The translations under genes were made by a program, and so were the position numbers. This document shows positions 1-7,158 of a stretch of DNA of 64,000 nt, in pieces (the stretch's first letter is position 1; every line of letters starts with the position of its first letter). The notes under the pieces were generated by a model that saw only the letters and a list, made by a program, of their open reading frames with translations, did no database searches and had not been told where the DNA came from. Origin of the DNA: a bacterium. Its GTDB lineage: Bacteria > Patescibacteriota > Patescibacteriia > Patescibacteriales > JAKAJF01. The DNA lies in NCBI GenBank assembly GCA_021788015.1, contig JAJYLD010000002.1:135033-199032 (forward strand), written 5' to 3'.

Positions 1-803
1 GTTCGGAAAGAGACATTTACCGAAAATCGGCGATTGAAAATTACAATCGCGAAAACCTCGAACCTCTCGAAACTCACCAGACGATAATGGACATGATAAA
101 AAATGGTGAGTCGCCGAAACAAATTTCCGATTCTCTGGGCATGCATATAACCACGGTTTATAATTACATTTCAATCGGGAATTTAGTTAAAAAAGCGGCC
201 AAACTTCTCGAAGAGGGCGCAATCAGCTTTATGGTCGCCGTGGACATAAGTAAACTTCCTGCCGCTACCCAGGCGAATCTTTGTGATAAGGTCATCGGGC
301 TGACCCGCAAAGCAGCGCAACACCAAATCAGGAACGCCTTAAGAAAAACAGGGCAATCGATTCGAATGGGAGCGCGTGGAAGAAAGCCAAGCGATGACTT
401 TTGGCTTCTTAGAGCCATGCTTGATCGCATAAGAAATGAGGTTGGGGTGTATCTTGAGTGGGACAAGGCGGATTTCGACAAACTTTTCTACAACCGAAAC
501 CCCAAAGACAGGCAAGAGCTCATAGAAATTTTGAGCGTGCTCATGGGCAATCTTGAGTATCTCAGTGATTTTCTTGTCGGCGACGGTAAAATACTAGAAG
601 CAAAAAAAGAGGCGGTTTTCTCGCCGAAGCTTGACGAGAAAGGCCTTGACAGGGTTTATCAGGAACTAACAATGATGGACGACGAGGACGTGGTGGAAAG
701 CTCCAAAGAGCATCCCGAAATCCGTGACCTTTACAAGAAGAGGTGCGTGGACATGATGTTAAGGCTTAACGCTTTAAAGAAAAAAATAGAAATAATAAAT
801 TAA
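1..803 (+). CDS. ParB/Spo0J-like HTH protein, 5' end off-window
   Basis: The reading frame is open from position 3. The upstream translation ..AIENYNRENLEPLETHQTI matches the ParB box (ENxxRExLxPxEEA). An HTH segment follows (SPKQISDSLGMHITTVYNYISIGNL). The C-terminal half is unrecognised. Confidence 0.6.
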   Translation, partial: SERDIYRKSAIENYNRENLEPLETHQTIMDMIKNGESPKQISDSLGMHITTVYNYISIGNLVKKAAKLLEEGAISFMVAVDISKLPAATQANLCDKVIGLTRKAAQHQIRNALRKTGQSIRMGARGRKPSDDFWLLRAMLDRIRNEVGVYLEWDKADFDKLFYNRNPKDRQELIEILSVLMGNLEYLSDFLVGDGKILEAKKEAVFSPKLDEKGLDRVYQELTMMDDEDVVESSKEHPEIRDLYKKRCVDMMLRLNALKKKIEIIN

Positions 804-834
804 AGCCATATAAAAAAAATGGCTTTTTTATTTT
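804..834 (+). terminator. Intrinsic terminator after the ParB-like gene
   Basis: Stem AGCCAT/ATGGCT followed by TTTTTTATTTT. Confidence 0.6.
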
Positions 835-840
835 AAAAAA

Positions 841-869
841 TTGACAAAACCATCTTTCTTTGTTACATT
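841..869 (+). promoter_or_regulatory. Sigma70-type promoter for the tRNA-Arg/His unit
   Basis: TTGACA (841-846), a 17-nt spacer, then TACATT (864-869). A small GAAA-loop hairpin plus T-run (878-899) lies between the promoter and the tRNA. Confidence 0.55.
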
Positions 870-903
870 AAAATTGTTGCCGAAAGGCAATTTTTGTTTA
901 TGC

Positions 904-975
904 GCGCCCGTAGTTCAATGGATAGAACACCAGCCTTCTAAGCTGGTTATGAGGGTTCGATTCCCCCCGGGCGTA
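904..975 (+). tRNA. tRNA-Arg (anticodon TCT)
   Basis: Hand-folded cloverleaf. Acceptor GCGCCCG/CGGGCGT, anticodon stem CCAGC/GCTGG with loop CTTCTAA, T-loop TTCGATT. One A-C mismatch in the T stem. No encoded CCA. Confidence 0.85.
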
Positions 976-1013
976 CTAAAATTTCAGTGCAGCTTTTGCT
1001 GTGAGAAATTTAT

Positions 1014-1085
1014 GGTGGCTATAGTTCAATGGTAGAACACGGGTTTGTGGCACCTGTGACGAGGGTCCGATTCCCTCTAGCCACC
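1014..1085 (+). tRNA. tRNA-His (anticodon GTG) with encoded G-1
   Basis: Acceptor GTGGCTA/TAGCCAC preceded by an extra G opposite discriminator C. Anticodon loop TTGTGGC. The T-loop reads TCCGATT, so position 55 is C rather than T. No encoded CCA. Confidence 0.8.
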
Positions 1086-1098
1086 CTGACAAATATAA

Positions 1099-1128
1099 AA
1101 ACAGGGACTACCCTGTTTTTATTTGTTT
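1099..1128 (+). terminator. Intrinsic terminator after tRNA-His
   Basis: Stem ACAGGG/CCCTGT with loop ACTA, followed by TTTTTATTTGTTTT. Confidence 0.65.
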
Positions 1129-1140
1129 TAAACAAGCAAA

Positions 1141-1169
1141 TTGAACACTGACTTTTTAAATGTTAAGAT
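1141..1169 (+). promoter_or_regulatory. Promoter placing the transcription start at nucleotide +1 of tRNA-Cys
   Basis: TTGAAC (1141-1146), a 17-nt spacer, then TAAGAT (1164-1169). The seventh nucleotide after the -10 is G1176, the first acceptor base. Confidence 0.5.
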
Positions 1170-1175
1170 ATATTT

Positions 1176-1247
1176 GATGCGGTGGCCAAGCGGTTTAGGC
1201 GTTTGTCCGCAAGACAAAAAACGCAGGTTCGATTCCTGCCCGCATCT
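1176..1247 (+). tRNA. tRNA-Cys (anticodon GCA), atypical anticodon loop
   Basis: Acceptor GATGCGG/CCGCATC, 3-bp D stem, anticodon stem TTTGT/ACAAA, T arm GCAGG-TTCGATT-CCTGC. The anticodon loop is CCGCAAG, with C at position 33 where U is usual. The discriminator lies 2 nt before the ATG at 1250. Confidence 0.75.
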
Positions 1248-1249
1248 CT

Positions 1250-2212
1250 ATGAATTTTAAGGAATACATTCTTAAGGAATTGAGCAGCCTTAGGACACAT
1301 ACCGATAAAAATATTGACACGGATAATGTCGCCGATTTGATATACAAATTATTAATGTCAAAAAAGTTTCGCAAGTATTCCGTAGAGCCGTCTTATCAAG
1401 AGCATGTCTCGAAAGTCATAAAAAACAGCATTGCCGACAATGAACCGATAAAATTAACTCTGGTTTTTGGCGGTTATAAATTATGGCGGCTTGAGGAAGC
1501 GCCGGAAGTTGATTGGGCGGAATTGTTTAGTCTTATCTATTACGTAAAATGGCTAAAACCGATAGCGGAAATTTATAAACCGGGAGTTTGGTTTGATTTT
1601 TATTCCGATGACGTTATTCTTAACAGGATGAATAACATTCCGATCTCGGAAACAGACATTTACATTCAAAGCTTTAGGCAACTCTTGGAATTTGTTAAAA
1701 ATTATCTTCCGGAAAATCTTAACTTTACCCTTAACCGTGTCGGCGGCCAATACAAAAGCCGAGAGGAATTTAATCAAGAGCTTGACCAACTAATACAAAA
1801 TTTAGAAAAAGAGGTATATAGCGTGCCGCTAACTCCCAAACAAATCACAACCATTGATTCAAACGTTAAGCTGAATCCCGGACAAAGCGAGGATGCCAAT
1901 TGGCGAGAAAAAGTTAATCTTACGCACGAGGCGTATTCCAGGGTTTCAAAACGCAGACCGTATTACAGAAATGACCAGAAGATTTTCGTTATCACTCGTC
2001 CAATCAAAGATTCGATCGCGGTCGGCACCACCAAGAGATCGGTTGTGAAATTTTGGATAGGCGCCGGCGTTGTCCAAAAAGATGGGGATGATTATGCGGC
2101 TTATATTTATTCCCCGAAACAGCTGGAAGCCAACAGTTTTACGAAAGAAAGCGTGGACATAGAAGGGCTAAACGGTAAAAATTTTAAGTCCGTAAGAATG
2201 GTTAATACTTGA
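1250..2212 (+). CDS. Hypothetical protein with weak resemblance to the DIT1/PvcA (isonitrile synthase) core
   Basis: 320-aa ORF. The segment PIKLTLVFGGYKL..PEVDWAELFSL..IAEIYKPGVWFDFYSDDVILN resembles the PvcA/DIT1 pattern (PIxFxL..K..PDxAE..L..IYxPG..I.SDG.VF). This is based on motif memory only. Confidence 0.3.
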   Translation: MNFKEYILKELSSLRTHTDKNIDTDNVADLIYKLLMSKKFRKYSVEPSYQEHVSKVIKNSIADNEPIKLTLVFGGYKLWRLEEAPEVDWAELFSLIYYVKWLKPIAEIYKPGVWFDFYSDDVILNRMNNIPISETDIYIQSFRQLLEFVKNYLPENLNFTLNRVGGQYKSREEFNQELDQLIQNLEKEVYSVPLTPKQITTIDSNVKLNPGQSEDANWREKVNLTHEAYSRVSKRRPYYRNDQKIFVITRPIKDSIAVGTTKRSVVKFWIGAGVVQKDGDDYAAYIYSPKQLEANSFTKESVDIEGLNGKNFKSVRMVNT

Positions 2213-2913
2213 TTATGATTATAAAAATTAAATATTATGAACCGGTAAAAATGGCAGAGAAAATAGCGCAAAGCTGTCTTGCTGCCGGTAAAAAATTTCT
2301 TTTTATCTCGGGAAACGGAGGTTCTGGGAAAACAGAATTAAGCAGAATTATTTACGAGGAAGCGGCAAAATACGGGCATGTTAATGTTTTAGACATGGAT
2401 GATTTTGTGGTTGACACAAAATTAAGAAACAGCGCGACAGCAATATGGAATGACATTGAAAAGGGCGAACAGAAGGGGAGATATACAACGGCGTTTGCCG
2501 CGTCGTATTTCTTACAAAACGTTAAAGCTATAATATGTAATCTTGAAAACGGAAACGATTATTATCATTGGCCGAAAAAAGCAAAGGAGCCAAAAGAATG
2601 CCGGCTGCTTTACGGAGACGCGGTTTTAACTATTATCGAGGGTATTGGCACAGTCTTTCTGGACAAGAGAGAGGGCAACTCTGTTAGCATCTTCGTGCAA
2701 TGCAGTAAAGAAACTGAACTTGCTCGAAGAATTAAAAGAGGACGATTTAGTAACGAAAAAAATGCCGAGGAAGTGCGTAAGAAATATGCCGAACGACGCA
2801 GTCAGTATAAAGCCAACGTTGAGCCGCACATGAAAGACTATAAAATTGTGCTTGAAAGCATGGAGGATTATTCTTTACGAGTTATGCGGGATGACCTTAA
2901 AATACTATTATGA
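2209..2913 (+). CDS. P-loop kinase, uridine kinase/phosphoribulokinase-like
   Basis: Walker A motif ISGNGGSGKTE followed by LDMDDF. The ATGA overlap with the upstream ORF indicates translational coupling. Confidence 0.55.
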   Translation: MIMIIKIKYYEPVKMAEKIAQSCLAAGKKFLFISGNGGSGKTELSRIIYEEAAKYGHVNVLDMDDFVVDTKLRNSATAIWNDIEKGEQKGRYTTAFAASYFLQNVKAIICNLENGNDYYHWPKKAKEPKECRLLYGDAVLTIIEGIGTVFLDKREGNSVSIFVQCSKETELARRIKRGRFSNEKNAEEVRKKYAERRSQYKANVEPHMKDYKIVLESMEDYSLRVMRDDLKILL

Positions 2914-2971
2914 AACTATAGATTATATCAGAACGAGGAAAAATATCTCGTTTTTGCGTTTTTTTAAAGTT

Positions 2972-2980
2972 TGCTATAAT
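2972..2980 (+). promoter_or_regulatory. Extended -10 promoter (TGCTATAAT) for a leaderless mRNA
   Basis: TGCTATAAT is followed by 6 nt (TAAATT) and then the ATG at 2987. There is no SD. Confidence 0.55.
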
Positions 2981-2986
2981 TAAATT

Positions 2987-3226
2987 ATGACCCCAGAAAA
3001 CAAAATTGCCCCGCGAACCAAGGCTGAGATTATGGATGATTTGGTGCGCGAGGAAAAAATTGAAGAAGATTTGATCTCTCTCTATTCCGCTTTGCTCGAA
3101 TCGGGAGTTTCGGAATGCATTGATGTTGACTTGATTGATGTGGTTTACAAATGTTTAAATACCTTGAAAGACGAATCCGCCGGGCACCGAAAACTTGTCG
3201 AGAGTATTTTAAAGAAATATCAATAA
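2987..3226 (+). CDS. Small helical protein, ferritin-like half-domain
   Basis: 79 aa, all helical by composition. Carries E..Y plus a DESAGH motif. Paired with the next ORF. Confidence 0.35.
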   Translation: MTPENKIAPRTKAEIMDDLVREEKIEEDLISLYSALLESGVSECIDVDLIDVVYKCLNTLKDESAGHRKLVESILKKYQ

Positions 3227-3227
3227 T

Positions 3228-3449
3228 ATGGCCGAAAAATGCTTGTCAAAAAATGCGATGTTAAAAAATTTGGAAACCTGTTTGAGCTACGAACTGAAAG
3301 CGCTCGATTTATATGAGGAGCTTTTGCCGATTTTAGATAATGACATTGACAGGATAAAAATAAAAATGGTAGCGCGAGACGAAAAAGAACACATTGAAAT
3401 CGTTAAAGATTTGCTTAGAATTATTGATATTTATTACCAAGAAAAATAA
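3228..3449 (+). CDS. Small helical protein, ferritin/rubrerythrin-like half-domain
   Basis: 73 aa with YELKALDLYEEL and ARDEKEHIEIV (an ExxH motif). Starts 1 nt after the previous stop. Confidence 0.4.
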   Translation: MAEKCLSKNAMLKNLETCLSYELKALDLYEELLPILDNDIDRIKIKMVARDEKEHIEIVKDLLRIIDIYYQEK

Positions 3450-3460
3450 AACGTTGTTTA

Positions 3461-3506
3461 AAAACTCCTCAGTCTATGTTCAAAGCTAAGGAGTTTTTAT
3501 TTTTAT
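3461..3506 (+). terminator. Terminator-like hairpin abutting the next start codon
   Basis: Stem AAAACTCCT/AGGAGTTTT followed by TTTTTATTTTTATT. The ATG at 3508 follows immediately. Confidence 0.45.
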
Positions 3507-3507
3507 T

Positions 3508-4155
3508 ATGCCGACTTATTTAAACGAATACATTTCCTATACAAAAAAGAAAACCGCTTACATTCCGGTCGGAACGATTGAGTGGCACGGCAGCCATCTT
3601 CCGATTGAAACCGATTTTTTGGTCGCGCAAAAAATTTGCGGATTGCTTCAAAAGAAAAAAGACGGTTATGTTTTGCCGCCGATTTATTTGGGGACTGACA
3701 CTATGGAAGAGAAAAACGGGAAAAAATTAATCGGCATGGATCGCGCGCTAGGCAAAGAATTAAAAGGCAGCCTTTATTATGTTGAGCCGGAGCTATTTCA
3801 AGAAATGATAAAAAGCTTGGTTGAGAACCTTAAAAAAGATGGGTTTAAAAAATGTTATATTGTTACGGGGCATGCCGGCTCCGCCCAAATTAAAACGTTG
3901 AAGAAACTTGAAAACAAAATTGTGCGACTGATTGATCCATACGAACTTTTTAGCGTTAATGTCGAGCATGCGGATGAATATGAAACTTCTCTTTTTTGGG
4001 CGTGCTATCCGGAAGAAGAAAAGAAAAGCCGGGCGATAAAAATTTCTGCGAACGATGATTTTATAAAGGACATGGGATACGATGTTCGAGAGAAAGCGTC
4101 TTTGAAAATCGGAAAGAAAATGTTAAAAGAAATGTTAAATAAAATTAAAATATGA
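3508..4155 (+). CDS. Creatininase-family amidohydrolase
   Basis: Carries EWHGSHLPIETD, GHAGSAQ and HADEYETS, which match the family's metal-binding motifs. Confidence 0.75.
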   Translation: MPTYLNEYISYTKKKTAYIPVGTIEWHGSHLPIETDFLVAQKICGLLQKKKDGYVLPPIYLGTDTMEEKNGKKLIGMDRALGKELKGSLYYVEPELFQEMIKSLVENLKKDGFKKCYIVTGHAGSAQIKTLKKLENKIVRLIDPYELFSVNVEHADEYETSLFWACYPEEEKKSRAIKISANDDFIKDMGYDVREKASLKIGKKMLKEMLNKIKI

Positions 4156-4163
4156 GCATGAAT

Positions 4164-4277
4164 CCCGCTAGAAGCCGCGATCGCTTTTACGGGAGTAGAT
4201 AAAAACACGGATTTAAAAAATTGTAACTTACGCAGACACAATCTAAATTGTTTTGATCGCGATCTGCTTCTAACGGG
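4164..4277 (+). mobile_element. MITE-like inverted-repeat element, copy A
   Basis: Arms are CCCGCTAGAAGCCGCGATCGC (4164-4184) and GATCGCGATCTGCTTCTAACGGG (4255-4277). Flanked by ATGAAT (4158-4163) and GTGAAC (4278-4283). Homologous along its length to 59999-60103. Confidence 0.55.
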
Positions 4278-4775
4278 GTGAACACTCTTTATATTTTTGG
4301 GGCAAAATACTTTATTTATTTGATTATTCTTGCTGCTGTTATTTGTTTCTTTTTTTTGAATCGCGAAAAGAAAAAAGAAGCGATCGTTTTTAGCGTTATC
4401 GCATTGCCGATTATTTATATCGTCGCGAAAATAGGCGGCACGCTTTATTACGATCCGCGACCGTTCATCGTCGGCCATTTCACGCCCTTGATTTCACATT
4501 CTCCCGATAACGGTTTTCCTTCCGACCATGCTTTGCTCGCGAGCGCTCTGGCTATGGTCGCGCATTATTTTAATAAAAAGGCGGGAATTATATTTTGGCT
4601 TTTTGCCATCCTCGTCGGCGCTTCTCGCGTTCTCGTCGGCGTTCATCATGCGATCGATATTGTCGGTAGCATGATCATTTCCATAGTCGTAGCCGCGTTC
4701 GTTTATAAATTTATTTTTCCGCGCATTCTTAGATCCGAATTTTATAAAAATTTAAGCATCCCCTTTTTAAAATAA
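4278..4775 (+). CDS. PAP2-family phosphatase (undecaprenyl-diphosphatase-like)
   Basis: Motifs PSDHA and SRVLVGVHHAIDIVGS; multi-TM. The start codon is GTG. Confidence 0.75.
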   Translation: MNTLYIFGAKYFIYLIILAAVICFFFLNREKKKEAIVFSVIALPIIYIVAKIGGTLYYDPRPFIVGHFTPLISHSPDNGFPSDHALLASALAMVAHYFNKKAGIIFWLFAILVGASRVLVGVHHAIDIVGSMIISIVVAAFVYKFIFPRILRSEFYKNLSIPFLK

Positions 4776-4784
4776 ATTTTATAA

Positions 4785-4820
4785 AAAAAGAAGCAGGTGG
4801 TTAAGCCTGCTTTTGTGTTG
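4785..4820. terminator. Bidirectional terminator between convergent genes
   Basis: Stem AGCAGG/CCTGCT with T-runs on both strands. Confidence 0.55.
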
Positions 4821-4822
4821 AT

Positions 4823-5221
4823 TTAAAGATTTTTCAGTTCTTTCGGTCTGGGCGGGAGTTTTACGCCCAGAAACTTGGACAAAAATTCTTCCTCATTAAG
4901 AATAATTTCCGTCCTTTGGCTGTCATCCGAACGAAAGAATAGTCGCGGGTCGGTGCGGGGCCGATGGAAATGGAATTCGCCCAAAAAGAAGGCGAGAGTC
5001 GCCGGGAAAACTTCATAACCATAAAAATCAAACATCGTCCATGCGCCAGGCAACATACCCGCCTCGCGTTTTTTCTTATAGGTGGGCAGAAACGACTCGT
5101 ACGCTTTTTTAAGTTCGCGTTCCAGTTCCGCCCTAACTTGGCCGAGCGCCATCCAATAGTTCTTTTTTACCTCAAACAGATCAAGTTTTTTAACCCCGCC
5201 TTTTTCTTGTTTGGCTTTCAT
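4823..5221 (-). CDS. Hypothetical protein, last gene of an uncharacterised operon
   Basis: 132-aa ORF. Its start lies 1 nt after the upstream stop. No recognisable domain; contains EFHFHRP. Confidence 0.5.
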   Translation of the reverse strand: MKAKQEKGGVKKLDLFEVKKNYWMALGQVRAELERELKKAYESFLPTYKKKREAGMLPGAWTMFDFYGYEVFPATLAFFLGEFHFHRPRTDPRLFFRSDDSQRTEIILNEEEFLSKFLGVKLPPRPKELKNL

Positions 5222-5222
5222 C

Positions 5223-5909
5223 TTAAACCTCTCTTGGTATCGGATGGTAAAGTTCCCTAATCCATTGGGTAATTATTTCCGGTTGCTTCGGAGCCCTTGC
5301 TCCGGGCAACTTTTTAAGAAAGCATACAGTCTCTTCCAGCTCTTCTCTGATCTTTCCGGACTTATCCTCAATCGTCATGTCGAGATATGGCCGTTTCGGG
5401 GCTTCGGCGAGCCGTTTAAGTATGAGAGGAAGCTCTTCTAGGGAAATGGACTCCGCATTAATTTTAAAAACCGGCTCCCTGACCTCCTCATATCTCTCGT
5501 AAGCTCGCCTAAGTTCGTTTTGGTAAAGGGTAAGCTCTCTGAAAAGGCGGTCGCAGTAATCCATGAGGACCGCGCGGTTGCCCGGAATTTCCAGGAAGTC
5601 TTTTTCGGGCTCTTTTTCTTTCGGAAGCATGCCCCTGTCTTCCAAAACGGTTAAGGCGGTTTCGTTGTATTGGGCAATGCGTTTTTTAAGAAGTCTTATG
5701 CCACTGCCAGTGGAAAATATCAGGGCTCTTTTTAGAAAGACGTCCGCCTCTGCCACATCCTTTTTGTTTTTAGACAGGATTTTGGCAACCAGCCCCTCTA
5801 TAAATTTTTCGCTCTCGGACGAAACGCTGCCAATGACGATTGCAAAATCATTCAGAATCCGACCAGTTCTTTCGTTTAATGCCTTAAGGCTAAACGATCT
5901 TTGTTTCAT
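5223..5909 (-). CDS. Hypothetical helical protein
   Basis: The ORF track starts at 5930. I prefer the ATG at 5909 (MKQRSF..) because it forms an ATGA overlap with the stop of the upstream small ORF. Confidence 0.5.
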   Translation of the reverse strand: MKQRSFSLKALNERTGRILNDFAIVIGSVSSESEKFIEGLVAKILSKNKKDVAEADVFLKRALIFSTGSGIRLLKKRIAQYNETALTVLEDRGMLPKEKEPEKDFLEIPGNRAVLMDYCDRLFRELTLYQNELRRAYERYEEVREPVFKINAESISLEELPLILKRLAEAPKRPYLDMTIEDKSGKIREELEETVCFLKKLPGARAPKQPEIITQWIRELYHPIPREV

Positions 5910-6067
5910 TTTTTCTTTTCCTTTTTCCAAATTGATTTTATTTTCTTCCCGAGTTTATAAAACACAGCCTCGTCATCCAGCCAGTCAAAAAATATTTTTC
6001 CTATGGCGCTAAATAAACCGGAGAAAAATACTGTCAGATAAACGTACCACACGGGAACATATTTCAT
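5906..6067 (-). CDS. Small membrane protein, 53 aa, absent from the ORF track
   Basis: Hand translation gives MKYVPVWYVYLTVFFSGLFSAIGKIFFDWLDDEAVFYKLGKKIKSIWKKEKKK. A strong SD (GAGGAGGATAAACA) precedes the ATG. Confidence 0.5.
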   Translation of the reverse strand: MKYVPVWYVYLTVFFSGLFSAIGKIFFDWLDDEAVFYKLGKKIKSIWKKEKKK

Positions 6068-6177
6068 TGTTTATCCTCCTCGGGTTTTTAACTTGCGAAA
6101 TGCCATTTTTTAAAAATGGAACCACACAATGCAAAAATTTTCAAATTTCGTAACGAAAGCGTATCCGGCGACAGACC

Positions 6178-6942
6178 CTATAATCTTTCCCACATAAAAT
6201 CCAAATACATTTTTAGTGCTTGGGAAACGGTTTCATCTTCGATCAGGGTCGCTGTTTTTTTCACGTAGGAAATAAGGGCGGTCATTTTTCCGGCGATGAC
6301 GATATCGGCGGAAATTTTCGTTCCCGCAGGAAGAAATTTCGTGTGCGCTATCCCCTTCGCCATTTCCCCGAACTTGCGATTCAAGGGCGTGTCTTCGAGA
6401 ATCATGCGGTAGAATATTTTTTTCTCTTTCACTTCGCGAAGATATTTTTCTTCTTCTTTTGTCGAAACGACTTTTGTCGCCGTTTCGTACGAGCCGCAAT
6501 TGATCGCTTCGCTCGATTTCAAAATATATTCATCGAAAATTTTATTTATTCCCGAAGCGCCTTCGAAAAATTTTATCTGCGGTTTTCTTTCTTCGTTGAT
6601 GTTTATGGCTCTGAGCGCGGGCAAAATCATGTTTTCCAAATTATTTTTTTCTTTTTCGATTCGTTCTCTTTTTTCAGTGATTAAGGTCATTAAGTTTTCC
6701 GGATTTTCCGCAACAAACAATTTTCTTTTCCCCTTTCGCGTTTCCGCCGCCAAGCCCTTTTGTTTTAATTCTTCGATAGCGTCGTAAATCGAAACCCTGT
6801 TTATTCCCGTCGAGCGCGAAATTTCCCGAACCGACAAAGCCCCGTTTTCCAAAAGCCCGACATAAGTCGCGATTTCTTTTTCCGTCAAATTTAATTGTAA
6901 AAGAGCTTTGTTTAGATTTTCGGAAACGATTCGTTTTTTCAT
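6178..6942 (-). CDS. TrmB-family transcriptional regulator
   Basis: N-terminal winged HTH: LTEKEIATYVGLLENGALSVREISRSTGINRVSIYDAIEELKQKGL. Confidence 0.75.
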   Translation of the reverse strand: MKKRIVSENLNKALLQLNLTEKEIATYVGLLENGALSVREISRSTGINRVSIYDAIEELKQKGLAAETRKGKRKLFVAENPENLMTLITEKRERIEKEKNNLENMILPALRAININEERKPQIKFFEGASGINKIFDEYILKSSEAINCGSYETATKVVSTKEEEKYLREVKEKKIFYRMILEDTPLNRKFGEMAKGIAHTKFLPAGTKISADIVIAGKMTALISYVKKTATLIEDETVSQALKMYLDFMWERL

Positions 6943-7158
6943 AAATCTAATTATTTAGCATAAAATGATTGAGCATATATGTCAATTCATTTTAAACAAA
7001 AGAAAAATAATTATAATTTAAGTTGCTAATTTCAAAGAAAAAAGGCAATTAAAATGTTGTAAGTACTATATTTACATTTTATAATATTTTTTATTTTTTT
7101 ACAAAACGAAAACAGGCTCTCGAAAGAAGAAGGCCTGCTTTATGTTGATGATTATTTA

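Noticed and set aside
841-1035. A 64-aa ORF spanning the tRNA-Arg/His region. Similarly, 11693-11881 and 60306-60494 lie inside the structured repeats.
   Set aside because: They overlap well-folded tRNAs or the non-coding repeat. The ORFs across the two repeat copies are on opposite strands and are not conserved.
841-2913. The tRNA cluster plus the ParB-like gene, considered as the edge of an integrated element or prophage.
   Set aside because: No integrase, no att-like duplication of a tRNA 3' end, and no phage genes are in the window. The ParB-like gene runs off the 5' edge, so this cannot be assessed.
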